A stretch of DNA of 64,000 bases from Amoebidium appalachense (taxonomy: Eukaryota; Protista; Ichthyosporea), in NCBI GenBank assembly GCA_963693365.1, contig CAVNZM010000006.1:5125264-5189263 (forward strand), read 5' to 3'. Positions 1 to 12,560 of this stretch are shown here, piece after piece; the stretch's first letter is position 1; the number at the start of each line of letters is the position of its first letter. The position numbers and the translations under genes were made by a program. The notes beneath the pieces are model-generated. The model did no database searches and had not been told where the DNA came from. It saw only the letters and a program-made list of their open reading frames with translations.

Positions 1-4
1 CCAC

Positions 5-1726
5 CTGCCACTCTCTGTCTCACATGGGGAATCAATCTCCCAAATGCTTTGGATTGGCACAGAAATAATCTTGCTGCTGCAAACACAACATCTGGCTCGG
101 TGCACTGAAGATACGGGTCTACTGAATTCTGCAAAAAGAATAACCTTGTTAGACGTTATTTGTCCCACCAAAACAGAATAACGCGTACAAATCCCCCCCC
201 CCCCCCCCCCTCCCCTCCCCTCACACACACACACACACACACACACCTCCCCCACAAACCACCACCACCACCACCCTTCCCTTCCTCTCCCTCCCCTCCC
301 TCTGCCATCTTTTACTCCACGAGGAACCATCCAAGTGTGTATATCAAACTACCAATGCAGGGCGACAAAAAACTCGTATCAACAACAACACACCCAACCC
401 CCCCCCCCCCCCCCCCCCCCCCACCCCCCCGGCGCCCCCTCCCAACCCTCCATCCCCACCCCCGCCTCTCCCCCATCCCCACCCCACGGCCACCACCACC
501 ACCCCCTCATCCACCTAACTCCTTTCCCTCCTTCAACTCCCTGCCCTCCATTCCGCTCCCTTCCCCATCCATCCTTGCTCCACCCCTGCCCCCTTCCCCA
601 ACCCCACAATCTTCTTCCCTTGCCAAGCACCACCAAACCAACTCTTGTAGCGCAAATAGAAAGCAAGCATAATTGTGTCGGTAGATAATATGAAGGTAGA
701 ACAGCTTGTTTGGTTACTGCGGAACTGTAGCGGGTCACTTTGACAGTGGTCAAGATAAAAGCACCGGTAGGCTGTTTAGAAGGGGAGGAGGGGGAAGGTT
801 AAAATGTGGAGGCGAGAGCAGGTGTAGTTGGCTAAAATGAGGAGAAGACACCACGTGTTTTAAACCCCTCACAGCTTGCACACGTCCATGCCTATACCAG
901 GAGTATGCAGTGTGCAAATCGGAGTGCAAGTAACTCCTTTGGTGTACGTGCGGTGTGCTTGATGACTTCTTGTAATACGTCATATCAACCGATATGTTGT
1001 GAGTGCAGCAAAACAGCCGTGTGGTGTGTGTGCAAAAGCATATGCAGTGTGCGCATGCCCACACGTGTGCATACGTGCACATGCGTGTGCATGCACATGT
1101 GTGAGTGTGGATGGGCGTACATGTGCGTAAGTGTACGTGAATGTCTGTGGACAAGGTCACACATACCAGCACAGCTAGCAGATCCTCCTCGCTGATTGGT
1201 TCGTATTTGCGCAAAAACTGCAGAACTGTGCACTGGCCATGGCCCGGAAACTCGGCCAATCGGTCCAAGAGACGGTGTGCCACTTCGGGATTGCAGCGTA
1301 TCTGCATGATTACCATTTATGACAAACATTCCGATATCAAAATAGCTGGCCAAAGAGGAAAATAAGCACATATGATAGAAGCTTAAATGAAGGTAACCAC
1401 TTTGTCGTCAAAAAGCAGGAGTTGATCTCTCATTTCCCGATGCGGCACGACACAATAGACCACCGAGGGGTTTTCCAAAAAGCTGTGTGCGTGCGTGTGT
1501 GCATGCATGCGTGCGTGCGTGCGTGCATGCGTGTGTGTGTCGAGATGCCACATCACATCACAATAAACCTACCCCCCCCCCCCCAAAAAAAAAAAAAAAA
1601 AAAAAAGAAAGGAAGAGAAAAGAGAGAAAAGCATTTCATTCTCTAGCTGTTTTCCTCTCTTGTTTTGTAACTTAAGCTGTGTTGCGCTAAGATAATTTCC
1701 CAGCCATGAAACTTTGGTGTTTTTTT

Positions 1727-1758
<32 letters not shown>

Positions 1759-1969
1759 GAGGGAAGGGGGGAGGTTGTGGGGGTAGGGGCGGGGAGAGGG
1801 GGATTAGACAAGTCGGTCTTCTAAACACGTACTGATTCGACATCCGATTGGCTGATTTCATCCAATGAGCACAGGGCGTTGCACACCACCGTAGCGTCCG
1901 TGTCATCGGTCAAGGAGAGCAGCCTCTCGATCATTCCATGCACTGATGGAAGGTGGGGAGAGGCCGGGG

Positions 1970-2000
<31 letters not shown>

Positions 2001-2450
2001 TTTGAATGCGTCAAAAAGTACGAAGTACACAAGAACAAACGGATAACACGATGCAGAATGCAAGCCATACATAAAGAGTATGCATAATAAGCAGAGCCCA
2101 TCCTCAGGGGGGGCCCACGTCATCCGGGGGGGGGGAGGATGAGTGAGAGAGGATTCGAGGGACAAATGGGGTTGGAGGCAGGGTAGGAGGGAAGTAGGGG
2201 TGAGGAAGGGGAGAGAGGGAGGGAGAGGAAGAGAGGGGGGGGGGAGAGGGGGGGGGAGGAAGGGGGGGATTCAAAAAGGTAGTGAAGGAGAGAGAAGGGA
2301 GAAGTTAAATCTTACCGAAAAAGGTGTTTGGACAAGAATGGAAAAGTTTGAGTGCACCAGTAGCTGCTATTCGACGCACCCGAGGGCTCGAATCGGTCAG
2401 CCCGGCAATTAGTGGTTGGCAGAGGTATTCTCCGATGTTTGGTAGCCTGT

Positions 2451-2481
<31 letters not shown>

Positions 2482-2493
2482 GGGGAGGGGTTT

Positions 2494-2524
<31 letters not shown>

Positions 2525-2646
2525 GGGGAGGGAAGGGGGGGGGGGGTTGTGTGTGTGTGTGTTGGGGGGGGGGGGGGAGGGGGGAATGTGTGTGTGTGTG
2601 TGTGAGGGGGGGGGGGGTGTAAGTGTGAGCGTCTGGATGAGATTCT

Positions 2647-2722
<76 letters not shown>

Positions 2723-2967
2723 GTGGGTTTGCGTGATTGTGTGCGTGTGCCTGAGAGTGTGCATGTGTGTGCATGTGTGTTTGTGTGCTGTTTATTCTCG
2801 GACATACATGTCAGGTTGTGATCAGATGCCAGCTTCCCTCCAACTCAACACAACCAAACCCTAAATAGCGTGATATCAACCATACAGAGCGATTTGTGCA
2901 GTCCTCCAAGGGCGCCGGGAGGTCGGCTGTGTGTGTGTTGTTGGGGGGGGGGGGGGGGGGGGGGGGG

Positions 2968-3010
<43 letters not shown>

Positions 3011-3350
3011 GGGCGGGGTGGAGGGGATGGGGTGGGTGGGTGAGGGCCGGGGGGGGGGGGGGTTTGGGAGAGAGGGGGGGCACACTTACGATAAGTCAGA
3101 AAGATATTTCAAAGCCAGTGCTCGTGTTGTTGGTTGGTGGCTACGGAATTCCGACTGGTACAAAAAAGACTGTTGTTAGTGTTGCTTCCATTCACACACC
3201 TCCTAAGACTGAGAACACAGCCATACAATTGCCAACTAGGTGGGAATGGGTCATTGACAAAAATCGACATCATTGGTGTTGCTATATTTACTGGGTCGAA
3301 AGAAAGTAGCTACCTTGTGATTATTCATGGTCAGCATGCAGGGAGGAGTA

Positions 3351-3381
<31 letters not shown>

Positions 3382-3594
3382 AGAGAAAGAAAAACGGGAT
3401 GGGAGGTTTCGAAGAACCCAGACAAACTGAGCGGATGCCCCAAAGAGAGTGAAGTGTGTTTAGGAGGTACCTGGAATGTGTTGATGGTCAGAAGGGTCAG
3501 CTTGGGATTGGCTCTAGTCTGGGAGGTCAGGTAGTGGTAGATGAGCCGCTTGAGAGGGAGGCTGCCGGGGACACACAGCTGTGTGTGTATGTGT

Positions 3595-3625
<31 letters not shown>

Positions 3626-3748
3626 GGAGGGGGGGGGGGGGGAAGGGGCCGGGGGGGAGGGGGGAAGGCGCCGGGGGGGGAGGGGGGGAGGGGTCATGTG
3701 TGTGCACGTGTGTGAGGGGGGCAGGGGGGGGGGGCAGGAAGAGTGGGG

Positions 3749-3843
<95 letters not shown>

Positions 3844-4095
3844 TGTTTGCGTCTGGTTGGCGAGGGGGGGTAAAGGTTGGTAGGGAGGTATACATAAGGC
3901 CGGCAGGTAAGGAGTAAAGTAGGTGTTCAGATGTATTCTAACACGTCCATGTGTGGCATGGACTTTGACATGTGCCGGTCGGTGCTACATGCCTACACAC
4001 AAATAGGACCGATGTTGCAATAAATGTGAAGCCCAAGTCGACGGTTCTCTAATAATACGTCCTCCCCCCCCCCCCCCCCCCCTTTTCCAAGCCCA

Positions 4096-4126
<31 letters not shown>

Positions 4127-4185
4127 GGGAGGAGGGGGGGTGACGAGGCCGTGTGCACACGTGTGTGTGTGTGTGTGTGTGTGTT

Positions 4186-4221
<36 letters not shown>

Positions 4222-4504
4222 GGAGGGCAGTAGGGTTATTAGCTATTTTCCGTGTGACGAATATGCCAAAGAATTTCAGTATTTATAACACAAAAAAGAA
4301 GCATTGGTATTCATTTTATCTTAAGCAGGGATTACGATTAAGAAGGCTTGTGAAATCGTTCTTGTGTGTGTAAAGGTTTGTGAGTGAGTTGATATTTAGT
4401 GTTGAGAATGTGTAAGTGTGGACACAGAAGGTTGCGCATGTATGTGTGTGCGGGCTTGTACCATGACGTTATTGGAAGAGGAAAAGTAGTGTGAAGGCAG
4501 CGGG

Positions 4505-4539
<35 letters not shown>

Positions 4540-4699
4540 GGGACAGAGAGAGAGAAGAGGGTACGAGAGAGGGAGAGAGAGTGTGTGTGTATGTGAAGAG
4601 ATAGGATGGGCCAAGGGAAGAGAGAGATTGGGAGAGAGAGAGGTTGTGTGCATGTGTTTGTGTGCATGTGTGGGTGTGTGCGCGCGCGTGTGGGTGGGT

Positions 4700-4733
<34 letters not shown>

Positions 4734-5655
4734 ATGAATGTGGGTGCGGGTTGGGGGCACGTGGGGGGAGGGGGGAGGGGGGGGGGGGGGGGGAGAGGAG
4801 GGGTTAAGTACAGTGAGCATATCATCGAAGACCTCAGATACATCAACGCCATCATCAAGAAGACCAACGACCTCCCTCACAGCTTCAAGTTTTTCCTCCT
4901 CAGTTTGTGCATTCCTGAGCTGCAACCTGGGCAGTGCAGATGGATGAGACGGGAAAGCGAGCTCGCATTGCCGGAAGGAAGTGAAGAAGGGAAAGTTGCC
5001 CAAGAAGGAGGAGAGAGAGAGGAAAGCGGGTTGGTGTTGAAGATAGTTGTTTGGGGGGGAGGGTGGGGAGTGATTGATAGAAAAGGTGAAAGACGAGCGA
5101 TAATGAGAAAAGATGGGAGAGGTGGCTGGTGCATAACCTCGCAGCGAGTACACCAGATGAGACACTATCCTTTCTGCTCCTTTTGGCCCTTTTGCTCTTC
5201 GTTTTTTCTTGCCTTTCTTCTTTCTTTTTGGGGTGGGAGGGGGGCGAGGGAGGGGGGGGGGGGGGGGGGGGGGGGGGGAGGGGGGGAGGGGGAGGGGAGG
5301 GGAAGAGGGAGGAATGGGGGGCTGGGGGAGGGAGGGGGGGAGGGGGGGGGGGGGGGAGGGGAAGGGGAGGGGGGGAGAAAGAGAGGGCGGAGAGGGCAGA
5401 TCCAGAAACACGTGGGCTGACAGGTAAAAAGAAGATGGAAAACATTGGGACTCGGAATGAGAAATTGTACAAGAAAAGGACTGCGAAGACAAGAAGAGCA
5501 GGTTTTAAGAAAATTAGTAATGTTTGTTTCTACAGAAAAGCCAGGAGAGATACCAACTATTCCACTAATATGATGCTGTCCAAACTAGGTATCAAAACCT
5601 TTGATGTATGACAAAAGGTTTGGGAGGAATACCCGAGGTGCTTTGCGTCTGCCAT
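5..5655 (-). CDS. AP4B1: AP-4 complex subunit beta (beta-adaptin family), 3'-partial, continues off the left edge
   Basis: Phase-consistent GT-AG exons on minus: 5655-5633 (MADAKHL, least certain), 4926-4812, 3578-3471, 3154-3090, 2446-2316, 1942-1833, 1301-1167, 128-5. Peptides [66 protein letters not shown] and [35 protein letters not shown] match the beta-adaptin N-terminal trunk, and resemble beta-4 most, as recalled. Confidence 0.85.
2001..2124 (-). repeat. Dispersed intronic element, copy A (in AP4B1 intron 1943-2315)
   Basis: 2001-2107 differs from 55000-55106 at only 2 of 107 nt. Its ends also match the reverse complement of 24488-24640. Flanked by G runs. Confidence 0.9.
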
Positions 5656-5989
5656 CTTGTTTTGCCTTGACAGCGGAAGAGGGCGGATTCCCTACACGTA
5701 ACGCACCATCACCCCGCAGGAGACGCTTCTGTGGAGAAACGACCTGTCACTCTGCCACACCAATGCCTCTGTTTTACCTAGCGCGCTAACCTCACATTAT
5801 GGTGCTATAGGCATGCCATATTTTTGTAGCACTAAGCCTGCCGCCTAATTAACCAATTGGCTACATCTATGTGACACCGTGCCAACAACATAAGAGTACA
5901 CACAGGCCCTTTTTGAAAGCGCGGCGCGCCTGTCAAGTGTAAACACATGCACCTCATGCACTCATAGTTCGGCAAATAGATCTATATTT

Positions 5990-6410
5990 ATTTGTCCTGT
6001 CAACCAATCACAACATCCAAGGAAAAAAGAACCACTCATGTGCACTATTATATAGTTTTATCAAGAAGCTTTATGACGTCATAGTGAGCCATGTTCCCGG
6101 CATGATGGAAAGGCCTCAAAGCATGGCAGCACTAGTCTATATGAGCGGACTTTTCGTTGAGCGTCCGCACCAATCATGTCGCTTAATTTCTGGAATGGAA
6201 TGTGACGTCAGACTTTTCGTCGATGCACCGCACCAACTGAATTAGACTACTTAAATTTTTACCCAATCTAAGCGCCTCTTTTGAACTAGGGCAAAAGAGC
6301 AATGACGTTTGATGATTGGATTAATTCTGAGAGACAGATCTGGCTCATCAAAGTGTTAATTCTACATTTGTGATTGGTTGGAATGCTAATGATTGAGCCA
6401 ATTGTTGCGC
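5990..6410. promoter_or_regulatory. Probable AP4B1 upstream regulatory region with CRE and CCAAT motifs
   Basis: Repeat-free stretch upstream of the ATG. Two perfect TGACGTCA palindromes (6074-6081, 6203-6210) and about six CCAAT/ATTGG motifs (near 6004, 6170, 6263, 6315, 6373, 6398). Confidence 0.45.
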
Positions 6411-6470
6411 TCCAACTAACTGCGATTGCACTCCTCTGAGCTGAGATCTTGGACTTCGCTAGTACCATAA

Positions 6471-7043
6471 GGGCCTGTTTGGCAACCCGGGTTTAGGGTC
6501 CTAAATCCGAAATTACGGGCGATTTTGGGTTTAGCGCTAAATCCAAATCTCAAAATCCAGCCGCTGCCAAACAGACGGCCAGATCCGGTCACGTAAATCT
6601 GGGTTTCAAACCCCTCGGACATGGCCGTAATCTGGATTCCACTAATCCACCTCGGGAGGTGGATTAGCGCGAAATCCTTTCAGGTCCTGAATGTCCGACC
6701 CAATGAATGTTCATTTTATGGAACTATATATGGTGTCCTTTTGCACCAATCGTCGATAGTTTGAAGTGGCCAAAAAAGGATTGTTGAAAGGGCGCCAATT
6801 TCTTTCTTTTTTTTGTTGTTATGGTGTGGGCGGGGGGATAGTGCAAGAAACATCTTTTACGTGTAGAAGTGAGTATGATGTAGTGATCACCGTTTGAAAT
6901 CATTGTTTTAGTGTTCGGCCTCGCCGCCTGGTGCAGCATTAGTAGGAATACAAAAGTACTCAGAATGACCTTTGCAACATCATGTGCAGAAAGGTGTGTG
7001 TGTGTGCAGTTTTTTTCTTTTCTTTTACCTACTATCTTTCTTT

Positions 7044-7115
<72 letters not shown>

Positions 7116-7855
7116 GGGGACGGGACGGACACATGTCACTGCACGATTCAGTGCTCATTTACTATTCACCAGGCACCCTGTGCCCTGCTCGTGTAGTCAA
7201 CCCACATAGCTGCAGCAATTTGATCTCTTCTGGCATCTGCCTCTGCCTCGTCTTCTTGTTGGTTTTGGTTGCCCCTGCCTAACACAGAGTTAAAAAACAT
7301 CAAGGCCTTTACATCAAGCATACAGTCTTATAAATCATCCCCCTACCCACCCCCTCCTTTCCCCTGGTTCCCCACACACACCAACAACGCTGCCGCCGCT
7401 CAGAGGCACACTCCATCCCAACTCGAGCAATATCAGTCACACCACAAAAACCACATCAAAAAAACGTGCAGACGCACACTCCAACCCATCTTGACCCGTT
7501 GCCCACCACAAAACCAGAGAACAAAATAAAAACAAAAATAACTGAAAAACTGGTAGAGGAAGAGAAACAAAACCAAATGCAACCAAAGACTTACCACGTG
7601 TAGGCAACAACACCAGACACTTCAACATCAATATGACAGTGTGTGTGTGCGCGTGGCTGTTTGTGTGTGTGCATGTTCGTTTAGTGTGTGCACGCGGGCA
7701 TGACCCGTGCGGGCACACGCGGACGCATGTGTGTGTGCGTATTTGTACACGTGAGTCTGTGTAGGTGTTTGTGCATGCGCGCACGACCTTCAGGTTGGAT
7801 GTGTAAACTATCTATCTCTCTTTTTCTCTCCCTATCCACTCTCTCTGTGCATGTG

Positions 7856-7938
<83 letters not shown>

Positions 7939-8033
7939 AACAAAAGGAAACAGGAAAAGCACACTTTTTTACAGATGTAGGGAGGGAGTGATGGGTCGAG
8001 GGGCCTTCTTTTTTTGGGGGGAGGGGGGAGGGG

Positions 8034-8064
<31 letters not shown>

Positions 8065-9402
8065 CTAAATACGCCATTGCTCCCGTCCCGTACTCCTTCA
8101 GATGATAGCGGACTCCTCTGTAGGGTGCCAAAATTTCGTTTGTGTTCGGGTAGCCCTGGTCACCCAGGTAAACTTTCCCCGTCGGCACACGTAAATTTTG
8201 TGGAGGGGGCTGCTCGAGGGCACAGTTCAACACTGTGCTGTCTGCACCACATCCCTCCCCACCGGGCAAACAATATGTGGAATATGCTTCCCAGTCGCAT
8301 GCACCCAATACATTTTGTGCTGTGAAACCTTTCCTGCACCGATACCGATCAGCAGCCTCCGGTTTGACCTTGCACGGAACAAGAGTGCCATCAACTGCCC
8401 CGAGAACAATACGGAAGTAAGGCCAAAACTCAGGGTTTTCACGCACCCAACTAGGCACCATATATGACTCATCGGGTTGAATCATGTATTCTTCCCCGAG
8501 AGCAGCAAGCGTGGCATCGATGCCTTCTCGAAAACGCCTGCAGCACACAATGATGTCTGATTATTTTCCACATTCCTACATATAAGCTTCATTGAAAATA
8601 ACAGCAAAACCTTGAGACAGTGCACGCGCACGTGCACCCTGGACAGTGGAACACAACCCATTCGGAGCATTGTTGTTTAACAAGCACAGACAAATGCTGC
8701 AAACACACAGCCAATAACATAATTCAACAGGGCAGGAGTCATAGCACTACATACCGGCTCACGGTCTCGGTGCTGTGTTGGAAACGTTCGGCAACGTTCC
8801 TGACTGCAACACCCTGCCCAAGGGTATAATACAGCATCATGCAGGTAACTTCCTGAGCGTCCATGTTATCACTCTCTTCAATGAATGGAGCCAACTTCTC
8901 AATTAACTCCCTTGCAACATATGGACTCACGCGTAGGACATCGTTCACCCTTGTCTCGTGAGCTGTGCCAAGCAGTTCTTGCACATACTCTCTACCACTG
9001 AGCGGGGAAGTACGACAGGGCTCTTTGAGCTCTGGGCTATAGGTCAAGGCTGCAATCGCAGCCAAAACGGCTATGTTCCGGGCTGCATACATGGTGAGTG
9101 TCTCAAATAAAACCGTATACAACTCAGCACTTTCGTGGTTTATTACTGCTTATCACTATGGTGTATATGTGTAGCGGGTCTGCAATTGCAAGTCACCGAC
9201 CGGTGATGAACAGCGTGACAGCTGCAGAGCAAATCTAACCCGAAATCGTACGTGGGCTGTTTGGCATCCATGGGTTATCTACCCGGCTTAACCCAGGTTT
9301 CGGCTGAGATCCGGATTCTGCAGCATAATCTGGATCTCGATTTTGATATCCAGATATCCCCCGAAATCCAGATTACACTAACCCGCGTTGCCAAACAGGC
9401 CC
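6471..9402. mobile_element. PIF/Harbinger DNA transposon, 2932 bp
   Basis: TIR GGGCCTGTTTGGCAAC[C/G]CGGGTT (16 bp perfect, 22/23 overall). TAA at 6468-6470 and 9403-9405 is the 3-bp target duplication typical of PIF/Harbinger. Subterminal AATCC/GGATT repeats and an internal transposase are present. Confidence 0.95.
7166..9092 (-). pseudogene. Harbinger (DDE_Tnp_4/HARBI1-like) transposase, apparently lacking the third catalytic segment
   Basis: Exons 9092-8755 (..AERFQHSTETVSR), 8537-8073 (FWPYF..GAVDGTLV..RCRKGFTAQNVLGACD..YLGDQGYP..APYRGVRYHLKEY) and 7274-7166 (RRDQIAAAMWVDY, stop) join in frame. I could not find the FN.RH...R..IER.FG segment between them. Confidence 0.8.
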
Positions 9403-9662
9403 TAACACTTTGGGATGGTTGGAGGCCTTGTTTGCATGATGGTCACCCGGCCCGGCCCGGGCATGGCAAGAACAATGCACCCCTATCCGTGCAGGTCTAT
9501 CTGTTCTCCTGCAGCCAATCAGAATGCAGGGTTAGACAATACCCCAAAAATACCCTAAAAAATACCCCACTGCCAGAAAAAAATACCCCGCCTGGAAGAG
9601 GCTGGGGTACACTACCCTTCCTGCGTAGGGTACGTGGCCGGATAGTGGAGTGTACATATAGC

Positions 9663-9724
<62 letters not shown>

Positions 9725-9957
9725 CCCTTCTTTTCTTTTGACTCGGGTTTATTGATCCCCCCGAAGCGCCAGCTGGGGTGGGAATTCGGTGATAGGCTAT
9801 TATTTTCATGCATGGGATAGTTCGCTCGGTTATCCCGCACTCAGCAGTCAAGTAAAATGAATTTTGGCCACCGTAATGGTAAAATTGGGGAACCTTTTGA
9901 CATAATCTTAAGGTTTTGGGGGCTTTTTGTTGACATTAAGTTACAAATGTCATGGCC

Positions 9958-9990
9958 CACGGCCATCTAGAGAGTCTCTAGATGGCCGTG
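9958..9990. mobile_element. 33-bp palindromic micro-element with a 9-bp flanking duplication
   Basis: CACGGCCATCTAGAGA-G-TCTCTAGATGGCCGTG has perfect 16-bp arms and is flanked by GTCATGGCC at 9949-9957 and 9991-9999. Confidence 0.75.
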
Positions 9991-10184
9991 GTCATGGCCT
10001 TACACCAGTCTGATGGTTATTTTCGTTTTTTTTTTTTTTTTGGCGCGAAACTCCCTCCTTCAGTCAAAACACAGCCTTCAAGTCAGTTGTCAGGTGACTC
10101 AGAGCCGGTTTTTTTTTAAGTTCTCACGTGTCACGCTTTCACCCGTGTTGTTTTTGGGCCCTTTCGCTGTAGGTCACTCTCTCC

Positions 10185-10460
10185 ATGGGCAAACACGCGC
10201 TTCCTAGGGTAGCCCCTGTGGCTGCCAGCACTCGGCAGCCTGACCATCGCTTTTCAGATGGGAAGGAGCAGTCGAAGCCCGACCCTAAAACACTCAAGTT
10301 GGGCGATTTTCTTAAACACGCTGCGGTGGTCAAGGCAAAGAAGGCCAAGCAGTCTGGTACGGTCGCCACTGAAAAGTCTGTGGGCCAGGAATCGGGTGTT
10401 AATATTTCGGTTGCCAAGGAGGTGGCGGAGATGGTGGAGGAAAAATGCAGCCGTTTCTAA
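10185..10460 (+). CDS. Hypothetical small Lys/Ala/Glu-rich protein (91 aa), or the first coding exon of a longer gene
   Basis: ATG-initiated non-repetitive ORF in good context (CCATGG), with a plausible 5'UTR intron at 10094-10172 (CAG|GTGACT ... TTTCGCTGTAG). No family recognised. Confidence 0.4.
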   Translation: MGKHALPRVAPVAASTRQPDHRFSDGKEQSKPDPKTLKLGDFLKHAAVVKAKKAKQSGTVATEKSVGQESGVNISVAKEVAEMVEEKCSRF

Positions 10461-10743
10461 CCCCCCGGCCCGGGGGAAGGGGGGGGGGGGGGGGGGGAGG
10501 GAGGGGGGGGGACAACGAGAGGGATATTACGTTGGAACTGGAAAGAAAGCCCAGTTGCCTGTAGGCGGAGTAACCAGGCAGAGAGAGAGCTGGGAGGGTA
10601 GTGAGGGAGGGGGTGGGGGTGGGGGGGAGAGGGGCAGGCTTCGGAGAGAAAGAGAGACCGGGAGTCTCAGAGCACCGTTAGAGAGGGGGAGAGAGAGAGA
10701 CAAAGAGACTCTCGGGGAGAGAGGGAGAGAGAGAAAGTAGAGA

Positions 10744-10788
<45 letters not shown>

Positions 10789-10989
10789 AGAGCGAGGGAT
10801 TGAAAACTGCCTGAGAGAGAGACTCGGGCGGGGGGGGGGGGGGGGGAAGGGGGGGGGAGACGGTGAGAGAGAGAAACCGACAGACGGAGAGAGGGAGAGG
10901 AGGAAGAACGTGAAGAGAGAGAGACTGTCCGGAAAGCCTGGGGGAAGAGGGGGCGAGAGAGAGAGAGAGATAAAGAGTGAGAGAGAGAA

Positions 10990-11023
<34 letters not shown>

Positions 11024-11155
11024 CGAGCGAAAGAAAGAGAGAGACTGGGGGGGGGGGGGGGGAGAGAGAGATAGAGAGATAGAGAGAGAGACCGAAAGAA
11101 AGAGAGAGCCTGGGGGGGAGGGGAAGAGAGAGAGAGGGAGAGAGGGAGGGAGGGG

Positions 11156-11231
<76 letters not shown>

Positions 11232-12318
11232 GAGACGGAGAGAGAGAGAGAAGAGAGAGAGACTTCAGATCTCTAGAAGGGGGTGCGCGGGCGCCCCAAG
11301 AGAGGAAGTGACCGTAAGAGAGAAGTCTTTCTCCTCAGGAGAAAGACTTATCTAAGAAACGACCACCGTTGAAGCTAGAGACACGGAGAGAACTTAGCAC
11401 ACAGAAATAGGTGCGAATGTGGTGACACTAAGCCAAGCTTTTCAGCGGGCGGCGCGCTGCGCGCGCCTCAGGCTATTCATTAAAGTTAGTCAGCAACACA
11501 ATGTCTCTATCCTGAGATGAACAGGCGATTATAACACCTAAACGAAAGTTAGACTGGCTGTCTCAGGTTATAATGGTGCGGGTAGGCGAGTGTGACATGC
11601 GTGCTCAGTGAAAACAAAATCCCTGAGTTTCAAAAGCACCTGTATCAGGTGTGTTTTGGGGCTGCCCGCCAGAGGATATATTTACATATTAGCGGATAGT
11701 ATACAAAGGTTTATCTGATTTATCCAAAGTACGTATATCCTGGAAATACCCCACCTTTCGCGAGGCCAAAATGGATGACGTCACAAAACTTCGGAAAATA
11801 CCCGACTTGAAACCCAAATGTCGAACCCTGTCAGAATGCCGTACTAAGAAACCCAATACTTCAACCTGATAGGGTACAGGAGAGGACAGCAAACCAACCG
11901 GTACCAACGGCATTAGCACTTACCTGCATATCCCATTTCCATTGGCTGCCCGAAAGCCTTAGCACACCTTGCTACGGCCGCAAAGATGCTGAGGACTGAG
12001 ACTGACACACGGTGCCCATCTCCCGGTAGGGTCCAAGTCATGCGAGAGCTTGATTGTGGGACGGCAAGGACCAGAAATAAGTTTTTTGATTGGCTGAGGT
12101 TTTGGCGCCCCGCTTACTTAAAGAATATGAAGAGCTTTGTCGGGTGGGCGTTTGCTGAGGTACGTTTGTTTTTGCCAAGAAACAGCAGCAGTAGACATAA
12201 ATCTCGTTTCTTGTTACTTCAGCTTGGTAGGTTTGCGCGTACCAGCATGTCACGTGCTGTGTGCAGGTGCTTTTTGCTTCTTGGGTTGATTTTGCCAGCG
12301 CCCCAACGCCCCAACGCG

Positions 12319-12357
<39 letters not shown>

Positions 12358-12516
12358 ACCCCTCTTCCTCTCCTCTTTCTCTTCCCCCCATTCCCCATCT
12401 GTCCCTTCTTCGCCCAGAACCTAGACTTACCCTCACGTCCTTGCATGGACCCCTTCTTTTTAACCTTGCTCCTTATTTTTCTCATGGTCTTGGCGGTTCT
12501 CCTTTGCAGTGGTTAC

Positions 12517-12560
<44 letters not shown>

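Noticed and set aside
2870-2926. Candidate AP4B1 exon after a CACACAG acceptor-like site
   Set aside because: Exons 3154-3090 and 2446-2316 already join in frame with continuous adaptin similarity, and no frame here resembles adaptin.
7026-7113. Very long G homopolymers as functional G-quadruplex elements
   Set aside because: Such runs are ubiquitous here and homopolymer lengths are unreliable in assemblies, so no specific claim is supportable.
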